DNA of 63,761 bases, counting the filler, from Intoshia linei (Eukaryota > Animalia > Orthonectida): assembly GCA_001642005.1 (NCBI GenBank). It is 13 parts of 13 records of this genome, joined end to end, with 100 filler letters (N's around TTAATTAATTAA, not from the genome) between each part and the next. Parts side by side here need not be neighbours in the genome. Positions count along the whole stretch, not along the records: positions 1 to 9,358 come from LWCA01001370.1; positions 9,459 to 21,126 come from LWCA01001239.1; positions 21,227 to 25,656 come from LWCA01001928.1; 10 more parts are not named here. One strand, 5' to 3'. A program made the translations under genes and the position numbers. A model generated the notes under the pieces. The model did not search any database and had not been told where the DNA came from. It worked only from the letters and a program-made list of their open reading frames with translations. This document shows positions 1-21,824 of the stretch, in pieces (the first letter of the stretch is position 1; every line of letters starts with the position of its first letter).

Positions 1-189
1 ATCCTCATTTAAACTATTTTTTAGAAAAATGGCAGTGACTCAAGAAACAAAAATAAATCACTCAAACTTTCATATACCTATACAATCATTGAAATTTAAA
101 AAACTTGTATAATGGCCAATAAAAAATTTGAAATTTTTAATATTTACTATAAAATGTACATTTCATAATACATCATGCGGAATAATTCA

Positions 190-7723
<7,534 letters not shown>

Positions 7724-8670
7724 TAGCTAGAAAAATAATTTTTATTTGTGCATATACAATGTTAAATATACTATGTTAAATAAATAATTGAACTCATTGA
7801 AATTTTAAAATTAAATGGAACAATTTTTCGAATCGTTGCTACAAAGATTTCAATGGATATTAAAAAATAAAAGTGTAAGTTAACATCGTTTTATTTGTTA
7901 ATAAAAATTTTCAATATTTTTCAATTGTAGTGACACAATTAATATTTAATCGATACATAAATTGCCTGGTTTAAAATGTCAATTTGTCGTTTATAGTTTT
8001 TCAAATTTTCATTAGTATCAAATCATAATAAATTCATATCATTTTGTTACATATAAGTGTAATTTTATGTAGATTACTTTAGTAGATTTAATTTTAACTT
8101 AATTTTATTCGTATTATAAGGAATTTTTCAATTGTATCAAGAATCTTGGATACAGAAATTTAGACTGTATTGAAACTATTTTGTTTTGTAGTTTAAATTT
8201 TTCATGTTTTCTCAAATACAATTAAATGCAAACTCTAGAATTTTAAACAATGTACATTATGGGATCTTACATTTTTTCATTTAATCTTAATGTTAAATGT
8301 TAAATATAAGTTTTTAAATGGATTAATTGAAATTTTGTGGTTGCTTTATTGTGCAATGAAATACGCTTTATTATTTATCATGTATACCATTTTACGTCAA
8401 ATTGAAAAAGTTTAAATCAGATTCTATTCAAGGGTAATTTAAAATATTTTTATAAAAAACGTTACATTTTTACTTTGCTCATTATCTCAAATTGGATTTA
8501 AATTATCTCAATGTCAAAGTAAATTTTGTGGGGCCGTAGTATCATTGAGTAAGGTGGATTTGCGATTGAATTGTTAAAAAGGTTGTGTATCCCTGTCATA
8601 CAGTGAAGCCTCACGGTTAAATAAGCAGTTTGGTATTATTTCGTTTCTTACACGGTACATTTTCGGAAAA

Positions 8671-9358
8671 ATTTTAAAAGAGCAGAACGAAATTTAGTGT
8701 ATGGCTTAGATAACACTGTCAGGATTCGAATAATGTTTGTCATTCTATCTGATTAGATCGTAATCTTGAGATATTTCATTTTTAAGGTGTATATATATAA
8801 GGAAATTTATATAATATATAGAATTAAGTTACATTCAAGTTGATGTTAAATTCAATCTTTTGTAACTCTTTAAAAATATAATTTCAAAAAAATAAAAAAT
8901 TAACGTCAAGTGTATATAATATACAAGAATATATAACATATCACGATTCCAAATTTACGAAATCCACTGTAGATAAAAAATTGGTTTTTTTTGATAAGAG
9001 TAGAATATTTTGATATATACCATGTACTTCAAAATGTGTACCTTATACTGTATTAAAAATGAAAATCTGGTTATATCTCAAAAAAAATCTATAAAGCGTT
9101 CAAAATACGTACATTTATATTTAAGAAAATTTATTTATGACAATTTGGAGTTTTCTGTGTACCACACATAATCTTTAATCATTGATATCATATTTTTTCC
9201 GGCGAATATTTCTTCAAATTTTTTTAAAGTTTGATGGAAACGTTCCACATGTTCATCAGAATAAAGACGTGTATCTGGTAATTTGTTGAAATGACATTGT
9301 AACGAATGGACTTTGAAGCTCATAAGGCATCCTATTTTATGGTATTGTGACAATAGAT
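8671..9358 (-). mobile_element. 3' part of a Chapaev3-like (CMC) DNA transposon, truncated by a gap
   Basis: MSFKVHSLQCHF...SDEHVERFHQ...MIKDYVW resembles the MSLKIHFLHSH/SDEHGERFHQ/MLADYCW motif of that transposase family. Candidate terminus TTA|CACGG at 8671. Confidence 0.6.
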
Positions 9359-9459
9359 NNNNNNNNNNNNNNNNNNNNNNNNNNNNNNNNNNNNNNNNNN
9401 NNTTAATTAATTAANNNNNNNNNNNNNNNNNNNNNNNNNNNNNNNNNNNNNNNNNNNNG

Positions 9460-9625
9460 AAATTTATACCTCTGAGTAATAATACAGTATCTTTAAGAAT
9501 TGATGAAATGGCCAGTGATATAGAAGACCAATTATGCAACAGATTGAAGATCACAGAGTTCAGTCTATAAATCGATGAGTCAACTCTAAGAGACAATGAA
9601 GCTTTACTGATGGGATATGTACGAC
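9460..9625 (+). mobile_element. hAT Buster/ZBED8-type transposase fragment (pseudogene)
   Basis: The plus frame reads IPLSNNTVSLRIDEMASDIEDQLCNRLKITEFSL*IDESTLRDNEALLMGYVR. Confidence 0.85.
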
Positions 9626-9958
9626 CACTTGCCCAAAAAAGTAGTCACTTTTTGAGTGTTTACTGTATAGCCATTCTGCCAGTTAGACATCACAAGTGAG
9701 TTATATCAAAAGAATTTCAGACAGATGAATATATAAAACTTTAATAAATCAAAGTGATATACCAGACATTTAAAATTGCACTAATGTATTGAACTGGTCA
9801 ATTTGATCAAATAGTACCTAAAATATTATCGCTAATGAATTTCCCAGTTAAAATCGTGACATCAAACCAAACATTTTTAATTACATTACAAAACACCTCA
9901 TACAACACCTCAAATATATTTTGTATTTTAAAGATATTATTGATATCATAATTAAATT

Positions 9959-10675
9959 ACCAAAACATCTTGATTGCTTTCCAATTTTGTTCTAATATCC
10001 ATGAATTGATCAATTTCCGTTTCTGATTCGGTTACATTTTCATTATCAGTTAAGGAATTTATTTTTTTATTTTGAATTGAAGAATTTTCATTGTAATCAT
10101 TTTGAAAAGGTTGGTTCAAATCAAATTCTGTTTCACTGTAATATTGAGACATGTGTAAATTTACATACATTTTATTAGACTTATGTGAATCTTCAAAATT
10201 TAAAAATTTTACTCTTACAGATTTATCTAGTGTAGGAATATGATTTTCATGTAATAATTTAGTTTTCTTTTCGTTTTTTTCAAATGTATCGTTTTCGTCA
10301 CTGATTAGTTTTATGTTATTGTAGTCTATTAATATTACTGTTAATTATATAATATATGATCATAAATTAAACTCAACAATACAGTATATTTAGTTTTTTG
10401 TTAAAATTAATCAATTTATATGAAAATCTTACTTAGTTTCCATATGTTGCATGTCGTGTGTTTAAATTTATAAGTACATTTAAATAGTAATTACCTTCAC
10501 ACTGCTCAACATTTATTGTGCTTGGTGGATTTATTTTTATTTTTAATCTGTGTTGGGGTTGCAAATTTAATGATTTTATATTATTCAATACAGTTTTGTT
10601 TAGTTTATTCCAGAAATCTGAATTCACATTATTTATTCTATTCAAATCTTTTTCATTTATTCCATTTTTTATCAA
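9959..10675 (-). CDS. Hypothetical multi-exon N/K/E-rich protein
   Basis: Open frames 10675-10494 and ~10325-9959 are bounded by GT/AG sites. No recognisable domain. Confidence 0.35.
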
Positions 10676-11117
10676 TAAAGGACATGTTAATTCAACTAGT
10701 GTAATATTAATGTATGAAATAAATATTTTTAATTAATAACACTAATATGCGACGTTTTTTTATCCAACATAAGAAATTTAATCAGAGTACAAGTTTAATG
10801 CGCTAATTAACGTGGTATTATTAGTTTTTTTGCAGTCATATCAATTTTTAGACTTATTTCCATTGATATAAATTTCGTTTATTAATATTAAAGTGTTGCA
10901 ATAATATAATTATAGAAAATTGCAGAATGTCAATAGATCCATTTAAAACTCAAATAATTTATTAGTATATCTAATATTTCATTTATGTTATAATTAATAT
11001 TATATTATTAATATCATTAAAAAAAATTCAAGTAATAATAATAGATCCTTTATGAAAATAAAAACACAAATAAGGTAATTTTCTCCAATTATATTAATAG
11101 TTTTTTAACCCTTAGAC

Positions 11118-12000
11118 CAGGGTTGCACAACCTCCGACTATACGGCCGTGGGTAATCAATGTGATCATAATGCAATATATCATTTTAATTCAAATTTAAA
11201 AGTTTAAATCAGATTTTATTCAAGGACTATTCAATTTTATTCAATATTTGTATCAAAAAGTTACATTTTATTGAAGTTGTTTAAAAGTTTGTTAAAGTTC
11301 ATCAAAAAGTCCAAAACTATGGCTACTTTCTCTTCTTACTTTTCAAAATGGATTTAAACTTTCTCAGTGTCAAAGTAAATTTTGTGCGGCCGTAGTATCA
11401 ATGAATAAAGTAGCTTTGCGGCTAAATTGGTAGAAAGGTTGTGCACCAGTAGCGACTCTCCAACTCGGGCTACTCGAGCAAAGCCCGAGTTGATATTTTT
11501 ATATTTTTTGAAAAATTATAAAAAATAAAATATTTAATATTTTCGAGTGTTAAATTAATTTCTAATTTGTAAATATTAACACAATTTAATATTCAGTCTG
11601 AAATTCAGAAAAGATTATTCACTTGACAATATCTCGTAACCGAAATATTTGCATAAATGTTTAAATCAATTTAAATTCACATAACTCGGGCACATTTTCA
11701 TTTGACTAGTAATAAATCTATAGATTAAATTTATATAGCGGTTACATTACATATCTAAAATTTTATGAGAAATTATTTATATCTTAGTTATGTCAATTGT
11801 AAATATCGTTACAAAAAATTTGAATCTTCATTTTCTATTTATAATTTTCACATTTAGTTTATAATTACTTGTTATTTGTAAATTTTTTTTTGATATTTAT
11901 TATTTTCAAATATAATTTGAAAAAAAAATGTGTGGTTGTCATAGAAATTTTAGTCCGAGTGATCTCGATTAGCCAGAGTCGCCACTATTGTGCACCCCTG
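11118..12000. mobile_element. hAT Buster-type MITE (family A)
   Basis: TIR CAGGGTTGCACAA...TTGTGCACCCCTG with a perfect 8-bp TSD CCTTAGAC (11110-11117, 12001-12008). Other copies or parts at ~4380-4565, 8390-8595, 26888-27432, 32290-32493 and 49320-49461. Confidence 0.88.
11447..11987. mobile_element. hAT Ac-type MITE (family B) nested in MITE A
   Basis: TIR CAGTAGCGACTCT...AGAGTCGCCACTA with a perfect 8-bp TSD TTGTGCAC (11439-11446, 11988-11995). Confidence 0.88.
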
Positions 12001-14497
12001 CCTTAGACACTAGAGTACTCAACTCTGAGTAGCATGGATGAATGAAATTATGAATATTTTGATCTGAGTAATTTCGATTTGGGTGAATGTATATGATTAC
12101 TCAGATCTAAGTAATTATTATTTAAATAAATATTTTTGGAATACTCATCTGAGAACAATTGTTGTATAATTATAATTTAAAATTAAAATTATCGTGATTT
12201 AATGTATTTAGACTAAGTACATGAGTAGTAATCATTGAGTACCTTATCATTAGGCCAGTGCTTTTCATGAGCATGAGTGTGCAACCCAAGGGGTGAATAT
12301 TTTTATGAGGGGGTGAATACTAAACTTTTAGATGATTGGGGCGAATAGGGGTGAATGATAAATTTTTAGCATATTTTATTCAATTTAGTCAAATATGTAA
12401 AAAAACCATAATTTTACCACCACTTAAGGAAAAATCCCTCTATCACATCCCAAAAGAAAAAACACAATTTCACGAACCCTCAAGGAAATAATCCCCTTAT
12501 TAATATTTTTTATTAGCTCATAGGATTATAAGACAGGATCATTCACAGTTACAAAATTTGATGAAAAAAAAAAAAAATAATATAGTCATTTTGTATTATT
12601 GATTAATTGTAAAAATATTAATAATTGAGAATTTATACGAAATTTTGATGAAAATTATCATAATGTAAATGACAATCAAATAGCAAGATGATTTCGGCAG
12701 TGATACTAAAACACAGTACTACTCAAATCTACAGTGTATTACTCAAATCTAAATACGTGAACCCGATCCACGAGCTAAGCTTATCATATAATATACTTAT
12801 ATAATTTAGTATGTACATTATCAACATGGTTAGCCAAACCAATCAAGCGTAACAGACGATTCGTCAAAGTATAATCATATTGAGTCATACTGAGTGATCC
12901 TGAGATCTTGAACCTTGTGTACAACCTATACACTACTGTAATATATTGTGATAACTTATTACAATAAATATATAGCAGCCGACCATTAGTTTGATGTGAA
13001 TCTTCGATTTCTAACTTCGTTAAAAACTCATCCTCCAGTGGTAATCACCCCACTGACAAATGGCACTAGTGTTATAGATATTTTTTATTAACCTAATGAT
13101 TANGTTATATCAATTTTAAATATCGTTACAAAAAATTTGAATCTTCATTTTCTATTTATAATTTTCAGATTTAGTTTATTTAATTCTTATTTGTAAATTT
13201 TTTTTGATATATATTATCTTCAAATATAATTTGAAAAAAAATGTGTGGTTGTCATAGAAATTTTAGTCCGAGTGATCTCGATTAGCCAGAGTCGCCACTG
13301 TTAATAATATATTAAAAATTATTTTTCACCGGGAATGCGTAGATTTCTGGGGTTGAAATTTTGTATTTATATCAATTGGAATAAGCTGTATCAGAATAAT
13401 CTTTTGTTTTAATTTTCTGACTGTTAATTATTTCATATTTTTGTTTTCATAAAATATTTCAAAAAAAACACATAAGAATACTAAAATGCTTTTTTGACCG
13501 TGAAGGCGTCATTTATTCAGATAGAAATTTTTTTAACTTTTAGGGCTGGTTTCATTTAAAAAAAAAGGTTAATGTGGGGTTTTAGCCCTGAAGATATATT
13601 TTTTTTAAATTTAAATTTATGATTATATTTATGATTTTAAAATCCGTATCAGCCAATATATTTTTTTAAATTTTCCAACTCGTTTGATTTAAAAAAAATA
13701 CAATTGGGGTTTTGACTCGTAAGATGTGATTTTGGGAGGTTGAAATTTATTTTTCGAACACCCCCGGAAATTGTAAATGAAATGTGGACTTTATAAAATT
13801 GTAAGGGTTGTAGTTATTTAAATAAACGATAACAGACACATAGACCAACAAAGTATTTTATATAAGTAAGGTTTATCAAGTCGTGTGTTATAACGGTTAA
13901 TAACTAAATAATACCAATTTTCAATATATCTGAATTTATAAAACTTTTAACAATGTCGAATATCGAAATGAATTCATAATTTTAAAGTTTACAAGAAATT
14001 TCCGAAATATTTTCATATTATGGTTTATCAAATGAGATAATAATGACCATTGAATCTTGTAAAAGATCATTTTCGATATTAAATTAATGATTAATTAATG
14101 TTAGTAAATTAACCATTAAAGTTGAAAATATATGGTCAAAAACTTTTTTTATTGCGAAACTATAGTGTATTTTATTAAAACAAGAAATTTGAAATAATTA
14201 ACGGTCCAAAAATTAAAAAAAGAGATTATTCTGATACAACTTATTCCACTTGATATAGATACAAAATTTCACCACCACAAATCTACGCATTCCTGGTGAA
14301 ATAGGCCACACAGCACCTTGGCTCATTTATTCTGGTTTTTACGAAATTCTGTTTTATGTTTATTTATAATTTTTGGGATTAATTATCAGGGAACACCCAA
14401 TAAATCTTACATCTGAAAATTTTAAAATCTTTACCGCAGTTCATCAATTTAAAAACATGTACCAGTAACGAAAATATTTAATACACGTGATATACTA

Positions 14498-14772
14498 TTA
14501 GGTGATTGACAAAGTTATGTCGTTTTTATTGATACAATTGATTAGAAACTCTTTATCACCGATAAGATTTCACATATTTCGAAATATAAAATATTTTTTA
14601 ACAATCATGTGTACGACCACATCAGATGAGAACGTAATTTATTTAAATCTACATTTATTCAATGGCCATTGGACGAAAGATTTTAATGATTTTGAGGGAC
14701 ATTTACGTCATATTTTACTGTATGAGTACTTTAAGGACCTTAGTGCAGTGGTAGCTACCAAAAATATATGTG
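14498..14772 (+). mobile_element. 5' end of a mariner element (TIR plus HTH start)
   Basis: TA-TTAGGTG terminus; HLRHILLYEYFKDLSAVVATKNIC resembles the mariner N-terminal HTH. Confidence 0.7.
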
Positions 14773-17700
14773 NTTGTAAAAATATTAATAATTGAGAATT
14801 TATACGAAATTTTGATGAAAATTATCATAATGTAAATGACAATCAAATAGCAAGATGATTTCGGCAGTGATACTAAAACACAGTACTACTCAAATCTACA
14901 GTGTATTACTCAAATCTAAATACGTGAACCCGATCCACGAGCTAAGCTTATCATATAATATACTTATATAATTTAGTATGTACATTATCAACATGGTTAG
15001 CCAAACCAATCAAGCGTAACAGACGATTCGTCAAAGTATAATCATATTGAGTCATACTGAGTGATCCTGAGATCTTGAACCTTGTGTACAACCTATACAC
15101 TACTGTAATATATTGTGATAACTTATTACAATAAATATATAGCAGCCGACCATTAGTTTGATGTGAATCTTCGATTTCTAACTTCGTTAAAAACTCATCC
15201 TCCAGTGGTAATCACCCCACTGACAAATGGCACTAGTGTTATAGATATTTTTTATTAACCTAATGATTAGGCAAAGTGTTTAGTAGGACTATATACACAA
15301 TTTGAGTCTTATATTTTGTTACATAGGCGTGTTTTTAAATTTAAATTCTTGATTTTTAAAATATTTATTGTTTTGATATAAATGACATTTGCTTTTGAAA
15401 TTATTTGCATTTCAATTGTATGCAATAAAATATGGGTCGTAGAGTCTAAGGGTTAATTGTAATTTTACATGTTATTAGAAAAATATTATATAACATAAGC
15501 CATGAATTTAACCTTTCAAATGAAATGATTGATAAAATTTTTGATTATGTATTTAATAAAACAGCCGTATCAACACCGACCCGACCGAAATTTATAGAAA
15601 TAGAGATAATAAAGATATGATTGCAAAAAACTAATAATACCAAATGAATGAGCGCATTAAACTTGTACTTTGGGTATATTTCTTATGTTTGATAAAAATA
15701 AAAAGCTTCGATTCACATATCAGTGTAATCATAATTGTATAGTAAACCGTTGACTTCCTGTCTGTATAAAAGGTCAAAGTGTCAAACTGAATTTTCGGCT
15801 ATAAGTTAAAAATTAAAATGATCGTTTCGTATTATGGTCAACAAACCGCGTTTCATACTTATACCTATATTTTATACGTTCAAAGAATTTGAAGGGCAAA
15901 CCATCAGACATATGAATTTAAAACATATTCATAATTTATGAATCATAAATAACTTTTTTTTTCTGGAAATTATTTCTATTTCATCTTGAATCACAACAAA
16001 AACGTTTACAAAATGAAATAAATTTGGTAAAACTCATAGAATGTTTTCAAAAAATGTAGTGTTGTTAAAATTACTCAATTGAATTGTAGCTTGTTTCCAA
16101 AACGTATTGTTTCGACAAATACTATGAAATCTTTTATTTGTCTACGTATAATAATAATAAAATTGTGTTTTTTTATATCGTATGTAATATAATATGTTAT
16201 TAATATGATTCAATACACTATATATTAGAGATTAGTAAATTTTCAAAAATCACTAAGTACTTAGTACTTTAAAAAAACTCAGTAAAAAGTATTTTGTTAA
16301 AATTTACATTAGAAAACAAAAAATTACATAAAGAATTCCAATATACAATTTATAAGTATTTATTACATCTATAAATTATTATAATGTTCAATTTTAAAAA
16401 AATTTCGATAGGCCCTCCACCGGGCGGAGGCTTGGTACGGTATATTTGATGGTCAAATGTATTGGTAAAATTTGATTTTTTTAATACAAATAGATAAAAA
16501 GGGATTGCTGACTTAAAAATTTGTAAAATTTGATTTTTTATTTTGTGTCGAAATAAGAGGTTTTTGTTATGAGATTTGGTAAAATCGTGTTTTTCAAAAA
16601 AATATTGGAAAAAGGGGATTTCCCTTAAGTGTGGGTAAAATTAATTTTTTTATTTTTGGGTTGGATTAAGTGAAATTTTTTCATCAGATTTAATAGAATC
16701 GGATTTTTCATAAAAATATCGGTAAAACTCGATTTTAACCTGAGGGTTTCAAATGGTATTTTTTATTAAATATTATTAATGGTGGGATAAAAGTACCCAA
16801 AAATATTTTTTAAAAAAGTCGAACACACTATTAGGGATATTCGTTTCTGATAAAATTATATTTTAGCTTAGATTTTTTAGAATCTAGAATCAGTGCTCTC
16901 AAAGGGTCAATATTGACCCCAGGAGTCCACGCTATATAATAGGGGGTCCACCCTTAAAGTAATGTATTATTTCAGGAATTAATTCAATATTATGCAATTA
17001 TGGAGAAACCATCACTAAATCTAACTCCAAAAGAGAAAATCCAAATTTACCACCCTTAAGGGAAAACCCACTCTGCACTATTTTTTTAAAAAATACAATT
17101 TTATTACATCTAAGAAAAAAACCACTTAATCCAACCACAAAAGAAAAAATCCCAGTTTAACAACACATAAGGGAGAAATCCACTTTTTCTATTTTTTTAT
17201 AATTACGATTTTAGCAAAACATAGTTTAAACACCTAGTAATTCACCCTAGAAGAAAAGATTCAATCTTACCCACCCTTAAGCCTTAAGGTGAAAAATCCT
17301 CTTTAAATATATTAAATGCGCTTAATTTGGAAGTAAATGAAGATTTAAATTTCTAATTAATAAAATTTTTCTGAGATCGGTATTGGTTTACGGACCGTTA
17401 TTTTGGAAACGCTGATATGTAACATACATGTATATAATAACTATACTTTAGTTACATTACATTATTATATTTGTTATTATATTCATTATAATGATAATGA
17501 TGGGCCACAGAAATACAATCATTATTATTATATTATTATATTAAGTCACCAAATGGGGATTTGTTATAAAAGAAATAAAGTACAAACCAATAATAATATA
17601 ATATCTACCTGCATAAAAGAGCAAAAATCTTTATAATTTAAATTATTAATAATTTTGTTTATTATATTATTTGATAGATAATCCATTCTGTTCAAGTATA

Positions 17701-18092
17701 TGAGTCTAAATGTATGCAACATAATTTATATAAAATGTATTAATGTTTTAATGTATTAATTGGAATAGCCCTATTGTATATTGTAATATTAAATGACTAT
17801 CGTGGTAATTAATGATACATTTAAAATTTCAAAATTTTAAATGTGTACACGTAAATGTGAAACTAAAAAGTCTTAAGTCTGAATCATTGATCATTAGTAT
17901 CTACCATTCAAAATTCTAAATTTACAACATAACGAGTGTTACAGTTTGATTAAAAAGTGGATAGAAAAAACCTTTCCACAATTCTGCAGTTCAGGGCCTC
18001 AGTATATTGTATAATTATTACATTTTAAAATTGGAATACTATAATAATGTTGAAATTTTGTGTAATACTCATTGAAATATTAATAAATTAAA

Positions 18093-18920
18093 TTACCGTG
18101 AAATAATTTTAATACTCAAAAACTGAAGAAGATAAAAATGTGGTGTAATTTCTTTAATCAATTCCTTGATAATGATTCGATTCAATTTTCTATTTAAAAA
18201 ATTCATTTGATTGAAAAACGTTCGATTTTCTTCATTTTGCTCCAATGATGCGCAAATTACGGAATGTATAGGATAACAATTTGTTGAAACATTTAGCAAG
18301 GTAAGTATTCTTTTTGAAGCATCATTTGTATTACATGTAAATGAATATAAGTCTTTATTTAAATTATGACTGTTATTTCTTTTCAAAACTGAATTATCTC
18401 TTCCATGCCCTTTCCACCTCCCATAACTTTTTTTATTTTTACCCTTTTCAAGGTTTTTTTCCTGCTTTTTAACTTTTTCAATATATTTAATTAAATTTAG
18501 TTGAAAAACATCGCTACACTCATTTAAATTTGACCATATTGGGCCTGCTGAAATTGAATTAAAGCCCAAATTGGAGTCATTCTCACTGTCGGATACACTA
18601 TTTAACTCATCGATAGGCAATATTGATTTTAGTGAAACTACTTTGGATTTAAATACCTTGTTATTCAGTTTTTCATTATATTCAGAGTACAACAATTGAA
18701 AACAAAATATTTGTGTAAATTTAGTGGACTTGTTTGGGGTTAAAAATCTTGTAGTTGATTTTTTTTTGGATTTTCGTCTATTTCTTATTGTTATTTTTAC
18801 ATCTTGATTCATTCTACATAATTTTGAAAAATTTTCAACATTATTTTCCATTATCAAATCTTGTCGAAATATTAAATATATATCATCCAGTATGCTACAT
18901 AGTTCATTAGGTTGGCATCT
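18093..18920 (-). CDS. Large exon of an unidentified multi-exon gene (further candidate exons near 19980-20390)
   Basis: A 254-aa open frame in very AT-rich DNA, ending at a GTAATT donor (~18096). No family recognised. Confidence 0.55.
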   Translation of the reverse strand, partial: RCQPNELCSILDDIYLIFRQDLIMENNVENFSKLCRMNQDVKITIRNRRKSKKKSTTRFLTPNKSTKFTQIFCFQLLYSEYNEKLNNKVFKSKVVSLKSILPIDELNSVSDSENDSNLGFNSISAGPIWSNLNECSDVFQLNLIKYIEKVKKQEKNLEKGKNKKSYGRWKGHGRDNSVLKRNNSHNLNKDLYSFTCNTNDASKRILTLLNVSTNCYPIHSVICASLEQNEENRTFFNQMNFLNRKLNRIIIKELIKEITPHFYLLQFLSIKIISR

Positions 18921-21227
18921 ATGAAATATATTATACTTTTACCAAATCATACAGTCTATGACATGGACCATTGTTTCCCAACCTTTTTTATGCTATACGT
19001 TACTTTCACTCTTAAAAAATTCCTTTCATCAAATATTTGTGGGGTGATGTACATTGTACAATGTACAGTTCAATAAAAAAAATTATTATTACTTCAATGA
19101 GTATTTTTTACTAAAAAGTAATGTTAAAATAAATCAACAATCCAAAGCTTACATTGTCGAAATCGAGCTAATTATAATGTTTATTTTATAGAATTAATAA
19201 TATTACTGAGACTGATAATTCTTACAAATTTTCTTATAATTATCTACACCACATGAAAATCCTTTAATTGTATAAATTGAATCTCTGTGTGTGCTACAGT
19301 TTAACTAAAAAATGAAAACTCCTAGAATTAAAAAACCCAATTTTTAATACATGTTTTCGAGAGTGATGTGTTATCACACATTTTATTTTCATAAATTGAG
19401 TCCTTCGGTGTAAAAAACCTTATTTCTTTTTTTTTTTAAATAAAATCAGCCTTCAAATGCAAACTAATATATTTTGTGACGATTTTTAAAGTCATTACTA
19501 ATTTCGTAGATCTCAACCACAGAAATTTACATTTTCATAATCAAACCACAAATACCTGTTTCAAAAATGAAAAAAGTCACAGAATTTTATAAAGCATAAA
19601 TTCTGGATAATTTTTTAAATTATGAGCATTATTATCAATCACAACCTCAAAAACTTAAAATCAATTAAAAAAACTGTCATAAAATTAAAAAGTCGGTCCT
19701 TGGCTAAGCTATATGTACAAAAAATATAATTTTTATTTTTATTTTTATTATTTTTAATATTATTTATTTATTATTATTTTTATAGCTGATTTTTGTATGA
19801 AGTATATAACAGTCAAGCTAATATTGTACAAAATGAACATTTAATTAATCTAAAGTTTTCATAATTCCAATAAATTTGTGAAATTTTGTGGCCCAACCAG
19901 TGGGGCCTAGCCCCACGGTTAGGAAACATTGTGATGAAATATACTGTATTTTCAATATTTTTAATTAAATGAACTACTTTCAAATCAATTTAGTGATACT
20001 ATTATGTTACGTAAAAAAGTATCAATACTCTATCCACTAATTTAAAAACTACCAATTAAAATTATTTTTAATTTACCTTTCAATTACACTACAAATGTAA
20101 CACTTTTGTTGTTGAATATTCCAACTTTTAAAATAATCCACCAAGAAAAATTGACCATTATTTAGCACATAATTTTTAATCATTTAACTTGAAATTGTAT
20201 GAATCTACACAAATGTTTATTGTTTTTAATTATTCACCTTTTCTGATTTTGTATTAACATTTCAACTTTTCATTTGATAAAAATAAATATAAATAAAAAC
20301 ATAATTTGATATTAAAACAACAAATTAAAAATTAGCCAAATGTATCAATCAACATTATTTACCTTGATTCATAAGTTATATATGCCATTTAATTTTTAAT
20401 TTAACCCAATTGTTCTTTTGTTATTTCGATATAAATCATTTGAAGTATTAATTGCTTTGCTTTGTAAAAGTCAATATATTTTTATTTGATTCTAGATCAA
20501 TATTTATTTTTTTTGTATTTACAATATAAAATCAATTAATGTATATTGAATCAGTTCAATTTAACACATTTATAGGTTTTTTTTAGTTTTCAAGTTTATG
20601 TTTATATTCTTGGTTATTATGATGGCTTAAAGTTTAAGTTAAACGCCAAGGTTTGTGAAATTTTAATTTTTTTTAAAATTAACCACACCTTTATCTCCTA
20701 CCACTAACTATTATAATAGATTAGCGCCTTATCTTGTCTTGTCCATATCCATCTCATCATCATTTTCCTATACATATACAGTGCACGACATAAAAAATTA
20801 GTAAAAATGACATAAAACATAACATAACATAAAAAAGTTAATAAGGCGAATCTTGAATTTTATATTAAATATCAGACTAATTAAAGACTGATCTCACCAA
20901 TATATAACCATGCTGATGTCATAAACTACCTATAAAAAGATACATTTTAATACGGTTTTGTTTGCGATATTAAAAATATTGACGATATTAGTTTTAGGCA
21001 CCTTGATAATTTCAATTAAACTTAATTAAATATCCATAAAAACGAAATAGGTAATGAACGCGAATAAGTAAAAAAAAAGATATAATGCCGTGTCTTAATG
21101 CAAGGAAGAAAAAAGTCAGGGTTTTANNNNNNNNNNNNNNNNNNNNNNNNNNNNNNNNNNNNNNNNNNNNTTAATTAATTAANNNNNNNNNNNNNNNNNN
21201 NNNNNNNNNNNNNNNNNNNNNNNNNNA

Positions 21228-21394
21228 GATGTATTAGGTCCACTGCCAGAAACAAAATCGTTTAATAAATATATTATTATTATGTGCGATCACTTCACGG
21301 GTTGGTGTGAAGCACAACCACTGACTGAAATTAGTGCAACTAACATAGCCAAAGCCATAGTAACGAATATTATCAGTAGATATGGTCCACCTTA
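21228..21394 (+). mobile_element. Retroviral-type (rve) integrase core fragment, Gypsy/Ginger-like
   Basis: DVLGPLPETKSFNKYIIIMCDHFTGWCEAQPLTEISATNIAKAIVTNIISRYGPP; not in the supplied ORF track. Confidence 0.88.
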
Positions 21395-21395
21395 A

Positions 21396-21824
21396 CAAAA
21401 ATAACATTTCTCCTAATGGGGAATTCCTTTCATTTTTTGATCTCTCTGTATACACTTCTAGATGAAATGGATAACCGTCACTTGATGCTAACATCCAAAG
21501 TTTATAACCAAATTTAATAGGCTTATTAGGAATATACTGCCTTGATCAATGAAATCCACTATACGGCATCATTTGTTCATCTATGCACAAATTTGTTTAG
21601 AAAACTCCAAATTGTTTTAAACGTTTATTGAGGAAATTTATTAATGGTTTGATTTTAGGGATTTTATTAGTTTTATCGATTTTATTGTTATCACAAAAAT
21701 GTAGAAACTTTTTTATTCGTTTAAATCTGGTTTTACTTATACAATTCGAAACTATTTTGACATTTAAATCTACATCTCTGCACCAATACATATCTTGTTG
21801 GGGTAATTGATGATATCCAGATAT
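21396..21824 (-). mobile_element. piggyBac (PGBD) transposase pseudogene fragment
   Basis: SGYHQLPQQDMYW...RFKRIKKFLHFCDN...KIKPLIN...CIDEQMMPY...YIPNKPIKFGYKLWMLASSDGYP, with in-frame stops. Confidence 0.9.

Larger units (their letters stand above)
11109..15452. mobile_element. piggyBac-type non-autonomous element carrying nested insertions
   Basis: Ends TTAA|CCCTTAGAC (11105-11117) and GTCTAAGGG|TTAA (15444-15456). The interior spans single-N contig joins. Confidence 0.55.

Noticed and set aside
12605-15269. ~500 bp apparently identical direct repeat (12605-13102 and 14774-15269) resembling an LTR pair, with a TGG PBS-like motif
   Set aside because: Each copy abuts a single-N contig join, both carry the same downstream flank, and no gag/pol lies between them. 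Most likely a contig-overlap duplication.
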